In this document: positions 12,460 to 38,628 of the stretch, piece after piece
Layout: each line of letters opens with the position of its first letter
Position numbering within the stretch: the first letter of the stretch is position 1
Origin: Hydrolagus colliei
Lineage: Eukaryota
Assembly (NCBI GenBank): GCA_035084275.1
Contig: CM068745.1
Location: 33,294,001-33,358,000 of the forward strand
Reading direction: 5' to 3'
Length of the DNA: 64,000 nt
Notes under the pieces: model-generated
Told to the model about the DNA's origin: nothing
Seen by the model: only the letters and a program-made list of their open reading frames with translations
Databases searched by the model: none
Position numbers and translations under genes: made by a program

Positions 12460-12655
12460 ATGAAAGTGGTCACTGCTGTGCGCAATTTGGCTGCTGCGTT
12501 TCGCCCACAAATATACAATTTTCCTACTCTACTTCGTCCTGCCCCTCCCCCTCCACCGCTCTTGTCCCTACCTAACTGTATATAGTGCCTTGGGACATCC
12601 TCTCGTGTGAAAGGCGCTATATAAATCAAAATTTTGATTGATTGATTGATTGATG
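12460..12655 (+). mobile_element. SINE 3' part with alternative L2-type tail ending in (ATTG)n
   Basis: SINE body ctgctgtgcgcaatttggctgctgcgtttcgcccacaaatatac joined to ...gtgaaaggcgctatataaatc...gattgattgattg; second copy at 38480-38628. Confidence 0.7.
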
Positions 12656-13044
12656 TGCAGCCCTACCCATTGTGATGTTGACTTGCAGGAATGAGGGCTT
12701 GTGTACTCTATTCTAGTTTATTCTTTAAATCATACACCTCTACTTACCTAGCAGTAAGCAGGAACCTGGCTGTTAGTCAACTGACAAATCACTTTTCTGG
12801 GGGGTAATTACTTTATTAAAACAAATTTGGTCACTCAATCCACAACTATTTGTGGCACAATGCTGTGCACAATTGGCTGCCGTGTTTTTCCCACAAAGTA
12901 TACAGTCTCCTCACTTTACAGTATATTCTTGAAGACTTGATAAGGCACTATACCAATTGCAAGGATTATTATTGTTGATGAACCAGGTAGGCTCCATTAA
13001 CATGGTTTCCCAGGCATATCTCTAGCTCATCCTGAGGGAGATAG

Positions 13045-14390
13045 TACAACAACAACAACAAATTACATTTATAGAGCGCCTTTCACGTCGGGAGGACGTC
13101 CCAAGGCGCTGCACAGGAGGCGTGTGACCCGAGCTGAGAGGGGAATGTTTGGGAAGGGGTGAAACACGAAGGGGAGGAAAAAGAGTTCGGGGTGGAACAA
13201 AAGGCACGGTCGAAGAGGAAAGTCTTCAAACCGGCCTTGAAAGAGGAAAGGGAAGAAACGAAATGGAGGGATTGAGGGATGGCATTCCATAGGGTGGGAG
13301 CGGAGAAACTGAAGGCCCGGCCTCCGATGGTGGGGCGGTTCAGGCGGGGGGCTTGGAGCAGGCCAAGTCCTGTTGAAAGGAGGGTCCGGGTGGGCTTGTA
13401 GGGGGAAAGTAGATCGGTTAAATAGGGCGGGGCAAGGCCGTGTAAGGCCTTGTAGGTGAGGACGAGGATCTTCAACTCGATCCTCTGGAGGATGGGGAGC
13501 CAGTGGAGACGGGCGAGGGTGGGGGTTATATGGTCGCGGAGGCGGGTGCGGGATAGTACACGAGCTGCAGAGTTTTGGATAACCTGCAGTCTGTGAATGG
13601 AGGAACTGGGGAGGCCGACGAGGAGAGAGTTTCCGTAGTCCAGCCGTGAGGTGATGTATGCGTGCACGAGTGTTTCGGCAGCGCGGGGGGTAAGATAATT
13701 GCGGAGCCTGGCAATATTGCGCAGGTGGAAATAAGCGGTGCTGGTCAAGGCGCGGATGTGGGTGGGAAGGAAAGTTTTTGATCGAACATGATGCCGAGAT
13801 TCCTGACTGGCTTTGTGAGGTGGAGAGTGCAGCCTTGGATGTTGAGGCTGGCAGCGCCCGATGTGCGGAGGCGCTGGCTTGAGCCAATCAGGAGGGCCTC
13901 GGTCTTACTCACGTTCAATTGCAAAAAGTTGCCCCTCGTCCAGGACTCGATGTCGGACAGACATGCTGTCAGAACATCGATGGTCTGGGGGTTGAGGGAT
14001 GAGGCAGAAAGGTACAACTGGGTGTCGTCCGCATACATGTGGAAATTTACCCCATGTTTGCGGATGACGTCGCCCAGAGGGAGCGTGTAAAGGGTGAAAA
14101 GGAGGGGGCCTAAAACAGAGCCCTGAGGGACTCCGTGAGAAACTGTGCGGGGGTTTGAAGAAAAACCGTTGGAAGAAACAAAATGTAAACGGTGGGTCAA
14201 ATAAGAATGGAACCAGTCAAGGACTGTGCCTTGAAGGTTGAGGTGGGAGGAAAGACGTTGAAGGAGGATGGTGTGATCGACTGTGTCGAACGCAGCAGAC
14301 AGGTCAAGGAGGACGAGGAGGCAGAGGGAGCCCTGGTCACAGGCGGTTAGGATGTCATTTGTAACCTTAACCAGGGCAGTTTCTGTGCTA
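13045..14390 (-). mobile_element. Young 5'-truncated L2 LINE (RT domain plus 3' end), one frameshift near 13750
   Basis: RT motifs LDLSAAFDTVDH, GVPQGSVLGP and YADDTQLY in ORF 13745-14401, continuing in ORF 13083-13748; CpGs retained; (CAA)n tail at 13045. Confidence 0.95.
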
Positions 14391-14856
14391 TTGTACAGCA
14401 ATTGTATGATTGCAAATCAGTAATACGCTTTCAAAATGTACGAATTTCAACAATATGGACTGAGATAACCTTTCTAAATAGGAGGGGTCTCAAGAAAGGA
14501 GACCACTGAGTATTTACTAATAAATAATTTACCCATCACCATCTGTAGAAATATACATACAAACTTTGGCGAACAGAGTGTCACATAAAGCGTTTTTCTT
14601 AAAAACAGTTTCTAAATGCTCAGTAACCCCTTTTTAAGTCATTTCTAAAAAATTTAACTAGTTATTAATGAAACACATAGTGCATATTGACATTATTACA
14701 AAAATATTACATATTACTTCAGCTTCGAATACATCTTTAACACAATTTAGACATATTAAAATTTAATTGAATCAAATTTGACTGTATTTGGTACATGGTA
14801 CAGCTCTGGATTAAAGTTCTGCATCTGGCTCTCTCAGCAGTGTTTATCTTGCGTCA

Positions 14857-30137
<15,281 letters not shown>

Positions 30138-33100
30138 GTCCTCTCTTCAGTAGATCTATAAACAACTAAAGCATGCAAAGTGATCAGTGTTAAAAGGGCT
30201 TCAGAAATGTACATTTTTTAGAAAAGTACAATCTGGTTATAAAAAAAATTATTAAACAAAAGTTATAGCAGTAGAAAATGAGGTAAATAAACACTTCAAC
30301 GTAAGGGTTACTAGATTACCATAACAAAGATAAATTGATAGGATTACTGACGTTGCATTAGAAACTGCTTTTATTGGATAATGGCATCAGGAGACTGCAG
30401 GGATTATTCTCCAAATCTGTGAAACAATGCTGTCCTTGAACCATATGTCCACCTATAATTTGCTTTATGCTAGCAACTGTTTGTGTTGATTGCATACATT
30501 TTAAAGAGACAGTTGTTCATTACATTACACACTCCAATAATATTTAAATAAAAATAAAATCTATCAAACACAATTCTCTTTTCATTTGCTCTCCTATTAA
30601 TGATGACCGAACATCACATACAACAGTTTTTCCTCTGGATTATAAATCAGTGAGATGATTAAAGAGATGATACAAACACTTTAACATTCATACTAAGATA
30701 TCCTCCAATTCAAAACATTAACCTACTCACATACATTCCATCTAATAAAACCAAATAATTTGTCTGAACACACTTGTTACCCCTTCCCCACACATTGTTT
30801 TGATACTAAGTTTCTGTTTAATGAGAGGATCCTTTTCTTTTTAAAAGGTATATTCATGTATAATTGTTTACTTCTTTATTTGTGGTAAATATTTTGACTT
30901 CTCTGCAAAACAAATACAACTAATTTTTAAATGGATCCTATTGAATCAGTCACAAATGCGCAATTATCCCTGACAGAGGACTTTATTTCATTTATATTTT
31001 AATGTGTAAAATATGTACAATATCACAACCTATTTTAGGGGAAAATATAAATTTTTTCATTATTTGTAAAAAATTTAACATAAAAAATATGTAGTGGTAA
31101 GTATGTGGTGTTTCAGACTTATATTCTAAAAAAAAGTGATAGATTGTTAGTAACAGTTTTTTTACCTTTATTAGTAGTTCATACTGTATATAAAATATTT
31201 AATTGAAAAGCATTTTTTAGGGTATTTCATTGAATAAACCTTCAATCAAAGTTGCAAATTGTAAATGGTGTAAATGTTGCCACTACTTGCCACTACCTGT
31301 CATTCTTATTATAATAAGTGCATGAAAGCAGTGGCTACATTTAACTACCAGAACAGTATCCATCACCTCACCAGTCTAATTCATTGAGATTGAAGCAAAC
31401 CAGCCTGTTTAAATGATTTTCACACAGCATTGAGAGGATTAGGAATATGCTTATCAGCCTCCAAGATACTGTGCTAACCAATGAATATAAAATTGTGTAT
31501 TAAAAATAATGATCCTTGTGTTAGATACATGACCTTATCATGTTGTTGAAACAGCACAAAGCACCCCACAACATTTTAGTGCAAAGTGTAGTGACTGTGC
31601 ATTTGGCCATTCAATCCACGACTGTCTTGGGGGCACAGCTGTATGCAATTACGACTGTGTTTCTCCCACAAAACTCCACTTTACAGTATATTCACTCCAC
31701 TCCACAGTATATTCTGTGAAGTAATTTGAAAAATCTTGAAAAGTGAAAAGGCACCAAATCAAATTAAGGATTATTATTATTTTTTATTATTTGCAGTTGA
31801 ACATGGCAGCTAATGTGTATACAGTGATGTCACACAAACGACCGTAAAGTGAATGCCTTTTCTTAAAATTCAGCAGGATTGTTGGCCAGGATACTGGTTT
31901 TGAAACTCCCTTCCCCTTTTCCAATAGTTCCATGAGATCTTTCACATTCACCTGAAAAACAGGGTGATAGGACCTAAATTTAATGTCTCATCTAATAAAC
32001 AACACTCCTGATTTAGGTTCCCTGCTCTTCACAGTAATTTGATGAGGAAATTGTAGCACTGGGTTCAGCTGCATAGTTCACAAGTGTATCACTCAGAAGC
32101 ATTGCTACTGATATCACTTTGAGGATATATTTTTGGCAGAACTTCAATTCACACTATAGCATTAATAATGGTGCAAATCAAGTCTGGCACCACTCTATAG
32201 TGGTCCCTTGAAGGTTCTCTATTGCACTCAGGCATAAAGCACTATATTCTCAGGGGTGCTGCCTATCATGAAAAAGTTAAACAGAGATTCTATATGTTTC
32301 TTCAGGTGCATGCTAATAGTTCTCACAGCAGTATTCAAAAAAAGACAGGTTTTTTGTCTCATGTCATCAAACCTTCAGATTAATTGGACATTCACCTCAT
32401 AGCTGTTTATTGGACCTTGCTGACATGAACAGCTGTTGTGTTCCCCTTTGCAAGCAATCACTACACTTGACAGTAATTAACATTGTGTTGACATGATAAA
32501 GTGCCATAAAATAGAAGTTCCTTCCATATTTACAGATAATTCTACTTCTCAACGGATGTTCTTGAATGTATGGATTTTGCCTTGCGATTGGTGAAACACA
32601 AATATATGTTCTTACAAATTCTGAGGAAAAAAACAAAATAAAAAGGAATGCTCATGAAAAACACATCTAAGCTCATTATTAATGTCACAAATCAGCAGTA
32701 AATAATAGTTAATATATAAAAAAACATACTTTAAGAAGAAATCAGTGGATGTCAAAATTCCATGAACATATTTAGTTAACTAATTATTCAGAAATATTTC
32801 TATTCTCAAGTTTATTCTTTAAATATAATGAAAATTGCTGTCTTGGCCATTATTGGGTACCTGCTAATTCTTATTTACTGTATAATGCTGAGAGTTAAGC
32901 GATGCGACTTCCATCAGTGTGAAGCGGGAAAAATGATTTATAACTCCTACTCCACATTGGAATGGAGCAGTTTAAAAACGACAGATTTCAGAGATCAGTA
33001 CAAGTGAGAATATTGAATTGTATCCTATAACGTTCTGCTAGCTATAAAGGCACCCTATTGCAATATGTTTCAACTAAGGTTAGACAAGTGTTTTTCTACT

Positions 33101-33914
33101 TTATCAGATGCATAATATCAGAAGAAATGGCCTGGGGATATCGCTTTGTCATCTTAATGTTTTATACCACTCGAAAAAGGATTAAAAACAATACTTTGTT
33201 GCCATTTCCTCAAATGAGGATAAGAGCAAAATGACTGAGGCAGATTGCAACCAAATAACTCTTTATAGACATGAAAACTGATTATTTCAGTGACTCTCAC
33301 TTTAATGTAGGATACCTGACAGCAGTCTTACAGCACTGTCTACCTTTATTTTCCACTAATGACAGATGAAAGTGGTTTTGAGTTGTTGGTGGCACTTACA
33401 TTGATTGGATTGAAAGTCAATTCTGACTATGATGGTTACAATGTCAGGGATTCCATTAGTAAAGAATTATTACTAAAATAATAATTCTGTGGCATAGTAA
33501 TATTAGTATTACTAAATTAATGATTTCAACACTCAGTAATATGCTGTTAACATTGAATAATTTAGTTACACTTTAATATGGTGTTATTACTGAAAATAAG
33601 TGATGTACAGTAAGATGCTCACAACAATTGTGATGCTGATAGTAATAATTGCGATATTGACAATAATTAATGTTGAAAGTAATCATTGTGATATTGATAG
33701 CAGCTGATTATGATGTGATAATTACAACTGTAATGTGATAGTAATGATTCGATGCTAGTAGTATTTGTGATGTTGTCAGCAGTGAGTGTGAGAGTGACAG
33801 CAGTAACTGATATTGATGGCAGTGATTGCGATAGTAACAATAGCGATTGTGACAGTGATGGCAGTGATTGTGATAATGTCAGCAATGATTGTGATAGTAA
33901 CAGCAGCCACTGTT

Positions 33915-34300
33915 AGCAATGGTAGTGACTGTGAGTGTGATAGTGACAGGGGTGAGTGTGACAGTGATGGCGGTGAGTGTGATAGTAATAGGGGTGAGTG
34001 TGATAGTGACGGGGGTGAGTGTGATAGTAACGGGGGTGAGTGTGATAGTAACGGGGGTGAGTGTGATAGTAACGGGGGTGAGTGTGATAGTAACGGGGGT
34101 GAGTGTGATAGTGATGTCGGTGAGTGTGATAGTGATGTCAGTGAGTGTGATAGTGACAGTGGTGAGTGTGATAGTGACAGTGGTGAGTGTGATAGTGACA
34201 GGGGTGAGTGTGATAGTGACAGGGGTGAGTGTGATAGTGACAGGGGTGAGTGTGATAGTGACAGGGGTGAGTGTGATAGTGATGGCGGTGAGTGTGATAG
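33915..34300. repeat. 21-bp minisatellite, ~18 copies of GGTGAGTGTGATAGTGACAGG-like unit
   Basis: Direct tandem units; all ORFs across it show 7-aa periodicity. Confidence 0.95.
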
Positions 34301-34359
34301 TGCCCACCCTTACTCTCAGTAAGTCAGTGCCTCAGTGCCGGGGCTGTTTTACCTGCAGT

Positions 34360-34848
34360 GAGGCTGTTGTCTGTCCTGTGGGGGGGAGGGAGGCTGTTGT
34401 CTGTCCTGTGGGGGGGGGGGGGGGGGAGGGAGGCTGTTGCTTGTCTAAAATGTGTAGCGTGCTGTTATCTGTCCTGTGTGTGTGTGTGGGGGGGGGGTGA
34501 CTGTTGCCTGTCCTGTGTGTGTGGTGGGGGGGGGGGAGACTGTTGTCTGTCCTGTGTGTGTGGTGGGGGGGGGGGGGAGACTGTTGTCTGTCCTGTGTGT
34601 GTGGCGGGGGCGGGAGGAGGCTGTTGCCTGTTCTGTGTGTGTGTTTGGGGATGGGGGTCTGTTGCCTGTCCGGTGTGTGTGTGTGGTGGTGGGGGGGGAG
34701 ACTGTTGTCTGTCCTCTGTGTGTGTGGGGGGAGGGGTGCTGTTGTCTGTCCTGTGTGTGTGGGGGGGGCTGTTGACTGTCCTGTGTGTGTTGGGGGGGGG
34801 GGGGGGTTGTTGTCTGTCCTGTGTGTGTGTGTGTTGGGGGGGGAGGGG
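34360..34848. repeat. ~27-40-bp minisatellite CTGTTGTCTGTCCTGTGTGT-G(n), running into an N gap
   Basis: About 13 units with variable TG and G-run lengths. Confidence 0.92.
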
Positions 34849-35313
34849 NNNNNNNNNNNNNNNNNNNNNNNNNNNNNNNNNNNNNNNNNNNNNNNNNNNN
34901 NNNNNNNNNNNNNNNNNNNNNNNNNNNNNNNNNNNNNNNNNNNNNNNNNNNNNNNNNNNNNNNNNNNNNNNNNNNNNNNNNNNNNNNNNNNNNNNNNNNN
35001 NNNNNNNNNNNNNNNNNNNNNNNNNNNNNNNNNNNNNNNNNNNNNNNNNNNNNNNNNNNNNNNNNNNNNNNNNNNNNNNNNNNNNNNNNNNNNNNNNNNN
35101 NNNNNNNNNNNNNNNNNNNNNNNNNNNNNNNNNNNNNNNNNNNNNNNTGTGTGTGTGTGTGTGNNNNNNNNNNNNNNNNNNNNNNNNNNNNNNNNNNNNN
35201 NNNNNNNNNNNNNNNNNNNNNNNNNNNNNNNNNNNNNNNNNNNNNNNNNNNNNNNNNNNNNNNNNNNNNNNNNNNNNNNNNNNNNNNNNNNNNNNNNNNN
35301 NNNNNNNNNNNNC

Positions 35314-35424
35314 TGTGCCTGTCTCCGCTGGGGCTGCTCTGTTGTCCGGTGGCCGGGCCTGTCCCGCTGTGGCTGCGCCGCTGACAATGACCCTGACCGC
35401 GGATCGTGGCTGAGCTGCAGCCCC
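35314..35424. promoter_or_regulatory. CpG-rich unique core, presumptive ARL6 promoter/first-exon region
   Basis: About ten CpGs in ~110 bp of non-repetitive GC-rich sequence ~5 kb upstream of the ARL6 ATG; its left side runs into an N gap. Confidence 0.45.
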
Positions 35425-37735
35425 GGGGGGGGGGGGGGGGGAGAAGCGGCGGTAGGTGAGGGGGGGGGGGGGAGAGGCGGCGGTAGGTGAGGGGGGGGGG
35501 GGGAGAGGGGCGGTAGGTGAGGGGGGGGGGGTGAGGCGGTAGGTGAGGGGGGGGGAGAGGGGCGGTAGGTGAGGGGGGGGGGGGAGAGGGGCGGTAGGTG
35601 AGGGGGGGGGGGGTGAGGCGGTAGGTGAGGGGGGGGAGAGGCGGCGGTAGGTGAGGGGGGGGGGAGAGGGGCGGTAGGTGAGGGGGGGGGGGGAGAGGGG
35701 CGGTAGGTGAGGGGGGGGGGGGAGAGGCGGCGGTAGGTGAGGGGGGGGGGGGGGGAGAAGCGGCGGTAGGTGAGGGGGGGGGGGGGAGAGGCGGCGGTAG
35801 GTGAGGGGGGGGGGGGGGAGAGGGGCGGTAGGTGAGGGGGGGGGGAGAGGGGCGGTAGGTGAGGGGGGGGGGGTGAGGCGGTAGGTGAGGGGGGGGAGAG
35901 GCGGCGGTAGGTGAGGGGGGGGGGAGAGGGGCGGTAGGTGAGGGGGGGGGGGGAGAGGGGGAGGGTGGTGAGGCGGTAGGTGAGGGGGGGGAGAGGCGGC
36001 GGTAGGTGAGGGGGGGGGGGGAGAGGGGCGGTAGGTGAGGGGGGGGGGGTGAGGCGGTAGGTGAGGGGGGGGAGAGGCGGCGGTAGGTGAGGGGGGGGGG
36101 GGAGAGGGGGAGGGTGGTGAGGCGGTAGGTGAGGGGGGGGAGAGGCGGCGGTAGGTGAGGGGGGGGGGGGGAGAGGGGCGGTAGGTGAGGGGGGGGGGGG
36201 AGAGGGGGAGGGTGGTGAGGCGGTAGGTGAGGGGGGGGAGAGGCGGCGGTAGGTGAGGGGGGGGGGGGGGTGAGGCGGTAGGTGAGGGGGGGGGGGTGAG
36301 GCGGTAGGTGAGGGGGGGGAGAGGCGGCGGTAGGTGAGGGGGGGGGGAGAGGGGCGGTAGGTGAGGGGGGGGGGGAGAGGCGGCGGTAGGTGAGGGGGGG
36401 GGGAGAGGGGCGGTAGGTGAGGGGGGGGGGGGTGAGGCGGTGTGGGAGGGGGGGGGAGAGGCGGTGGGGGAGGGGGGGGGGAGAGGGGCGGTAGGTGAGG
36501 GGCGGGGGGGGGAGAGGCGGCGGTAGGTGAGGCGGCGGTAGGTGAGGGGGAGGGTGGTGAGGCGGTGGGGGAGGGGGGGGGAGAGGCGGCGGTAGGTGAG
36601 GGGGGGGGGGGAGGGGCGGTGGGTGAGGGGAGGGGGGGGGGTGAGGCGGTAGGTGAGGGGGGGGGTGAGGCGGTGGGGGAGGGGGGGGGAGGGGCGGTGG
36701 GTGAGGGGGGGGGGGAGGGGCGGTGGGTGAGGGGAGGGGGGGGGGTGAGGCGGTAGGTGAGGGGGGGGGTGAGGCGGTGGGGGAGGGGGGGGGGGAGGGG
36801 CGGTGGGTGAGGGGGGGGGGGAGGGGCGGTGGGTGAGGGGAGGGGGGGGGGTGAGGCGGTAGGTGAGGGGGGGGGTGAGGCGGTGGGGGAGGGGGGGGGG
36901 GAGAGGGGCGGTAGGTGAGGGGGGGGGGAGAGGCGGTGGGGGAGGGGGGGGGGAGGGGCGGTGGGTGAGGGGGGGGGGGAGAGGCGGCGGTAGGTGAGGG
37001 GGGGGGGAGAGGGGCGGTAGGTGAGGGGGGGGGGGGTGAGGCGGTGTGGGAGGGGGGGGGAGAGGCGGTGGGGGAGGGGGGGGGGAGAGGGGCGGTAGGT
37101 GAGGGGCGGGGGGGGGAGAGGCGGCGGTAGGTGAGGCGGCGGTAGGTGAGGGGGAGGGTGGTGAGGCGGTGGGGGAGGGGGGGGGAGAGGCGGCGGTAGG
37201 TGAGGGGGGGGGGGGAGGGGCGGTGGGTGAGGGGAGGGGGGGGGGTGAGGCGGTAGGTGAGGGGGGGGGTGAGGCGGTGGGGGAGGGGGGGGGAGGGGCG
37301 GTGGGTGAGGGGGGGGGGGAGGGGCGGTGGGTGAGGGGAGGGGGGGGGGTGAGGCGGTAGGTGAGGGGGGGGGTGAGGCGGTGGGGGAGGGGGGGGGGGA
37401 GGGGCGGTGGGTGAGGGGGGGGGGGAGGGGCGGTGGGTGAGGGGAGGGGGGGGGGTGAGGCGGTAGGTGAGGGGGGGGGTGAGGCGGTGGGGGAGGGGGG
37501 GGGGGAGAGGGGCGGTAGGTGAGGGGGGGGGAGAGGCGGTGGGGGAGGGGGGGGGGAGGGGCGGTGGGTGAGGGGGGGGGGGAGAGGCGGTGGGGGAGGG
37601 GGGGGGTGAGAGGCGGTGGGGGAGGGGGGGGGGGAGAGGGGCGGTAGGTGAGGGGGGGGGGAGGTGAGGCGGTGGGGGAGGCGGTGGTGGGGGGGAGGGT
37701 GAGAGGAGGTGGGGCAGTGATGGGGGGGGAGGGGC
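35425..37735. repeat. ~2.3-kb G-rich minisatellite (GAGGCGG/GGGGCGG-TAGGTGA-Gn units)
   Basis: Dozens of 20-28-bp units with long G runs; extreme G skew on the + strand. Confidence 0.95.
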
Positions 37736-38039
37736 AGCGCCTCACTGTTTATTGCTGCTGGTCGCTAAGGTGAGAGTCGGTAACACTGAAGGCACAGCTC
37801 CCTCCCCCAGGCTAACCCCGCAGTGACAACAGCCACAACTCCCCCCCCCCCCCCCCACAGACCCATTTTAAAAGACAGCAACCACTTACATTTATGTAGA
37901 GCCCTTCACCCCCAGGTACAGCTCCCAGTGCCCGACACCCAGCCCAGCCGCGGAGAGAGAGGAGCCGACCACAGTCTCGGCCGAACGGGAATGTCCTGGA
38001 TCCCATCCAGGATCCTTGTGAATAATAACAATACATGGT

Positions 38040-38305
38040 ATTGATCCTTGCATTTGATATCGCTCTTTTCGCATCTTCCGGACGTCTCAAAGCGCTTCAC
38101 TGTAAAGTGAATGGATTGTATTTGTGGGTGGTAGCCAATTGCTCACAGCGATTGGAGTGATCAATTTTGGGGGGATTCTTTTTCCAGAAGAATTATTATC
38201 GGGAGTGTGAAGTAAGGAACATTGCTCATGATCTCACCCTGCCAGGATTCAAACCCAGGCCTTTTGCTTGTGAGGCACGTGCTCTAACCACTGAGCTACA
38301 GGTCT
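38040..38305 (-). mobile_element. tRNA-derived SINE
   Basis: gctctaaccactgagctacagg head; atccttgcatttgatatcgc tail. Confidence 0.85.
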
Positions 38306-38479
38306 CTGGAAGCAGCTCACCAGATTCCCTACCAGTATCTCCCAAAGTTTCTTGTCAGCTCCATAGCTCACCACATTTACAGATATGTTTAACCAAGTAC
38401 GTATTAAATTGGCATCTCAATTAATTTACAAAAACAGGCACACCACCAGATTTAATAAGTATGTGCCCACATCCATTTC

Positions 38480-38628
38480 ATTTCGCCCACAAATATACAG
38501 TCAATTTTCCTACTCTATTTCCCCCGACCCCTCCCCCACTGCTCTAACCCTACCTGACTGTTCAGTGCCTTGAGACATCCTCCCGATGTGAAAGGCGCGA
38601 TATAAATGTAATTATTGATTGATTGATT
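38480..38628 (+). mobile_element. SINE 3' part with (ATTG)n tail, same subfamily as 12460-12655
   Basis: tttcgcccacaaatatacagtcaattttcctactcta...gtgaaaggcgcgatataaatg...attgattgattgat. Confidence 0.7.

Noticed and set aside
32532-32620. Candidate ARL6 5' UTR exon (good acceptor ttttcctcag, weak donor gtaaat)
   Set aside because: Weak donor and no independent support without transcript data.
33813-34500. ORFs with (GECDSDR)n, (TITLTPV)n and (VSVIVTG)n repeats resembling antifreeze or mucin-like proteins
   Set aside because: Several frames on both strands are open because the 21-bp unit lacks stops; no splice or start context links them to a gene.
33915-34848. Possible CRISPR-like repeat-spacer array
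   Set aside because: Units are directly tandem without unique spacers, no cas genes are present, and the DNA is vertebrate.
34332-37745. 1137-aa proline-rich ORF and overlapping Gly/Cys/Val-rich ORFs
   Set aside because: Translations of G-rich minisatellites across N gaps; stop codons are absent because of composition, not coding.
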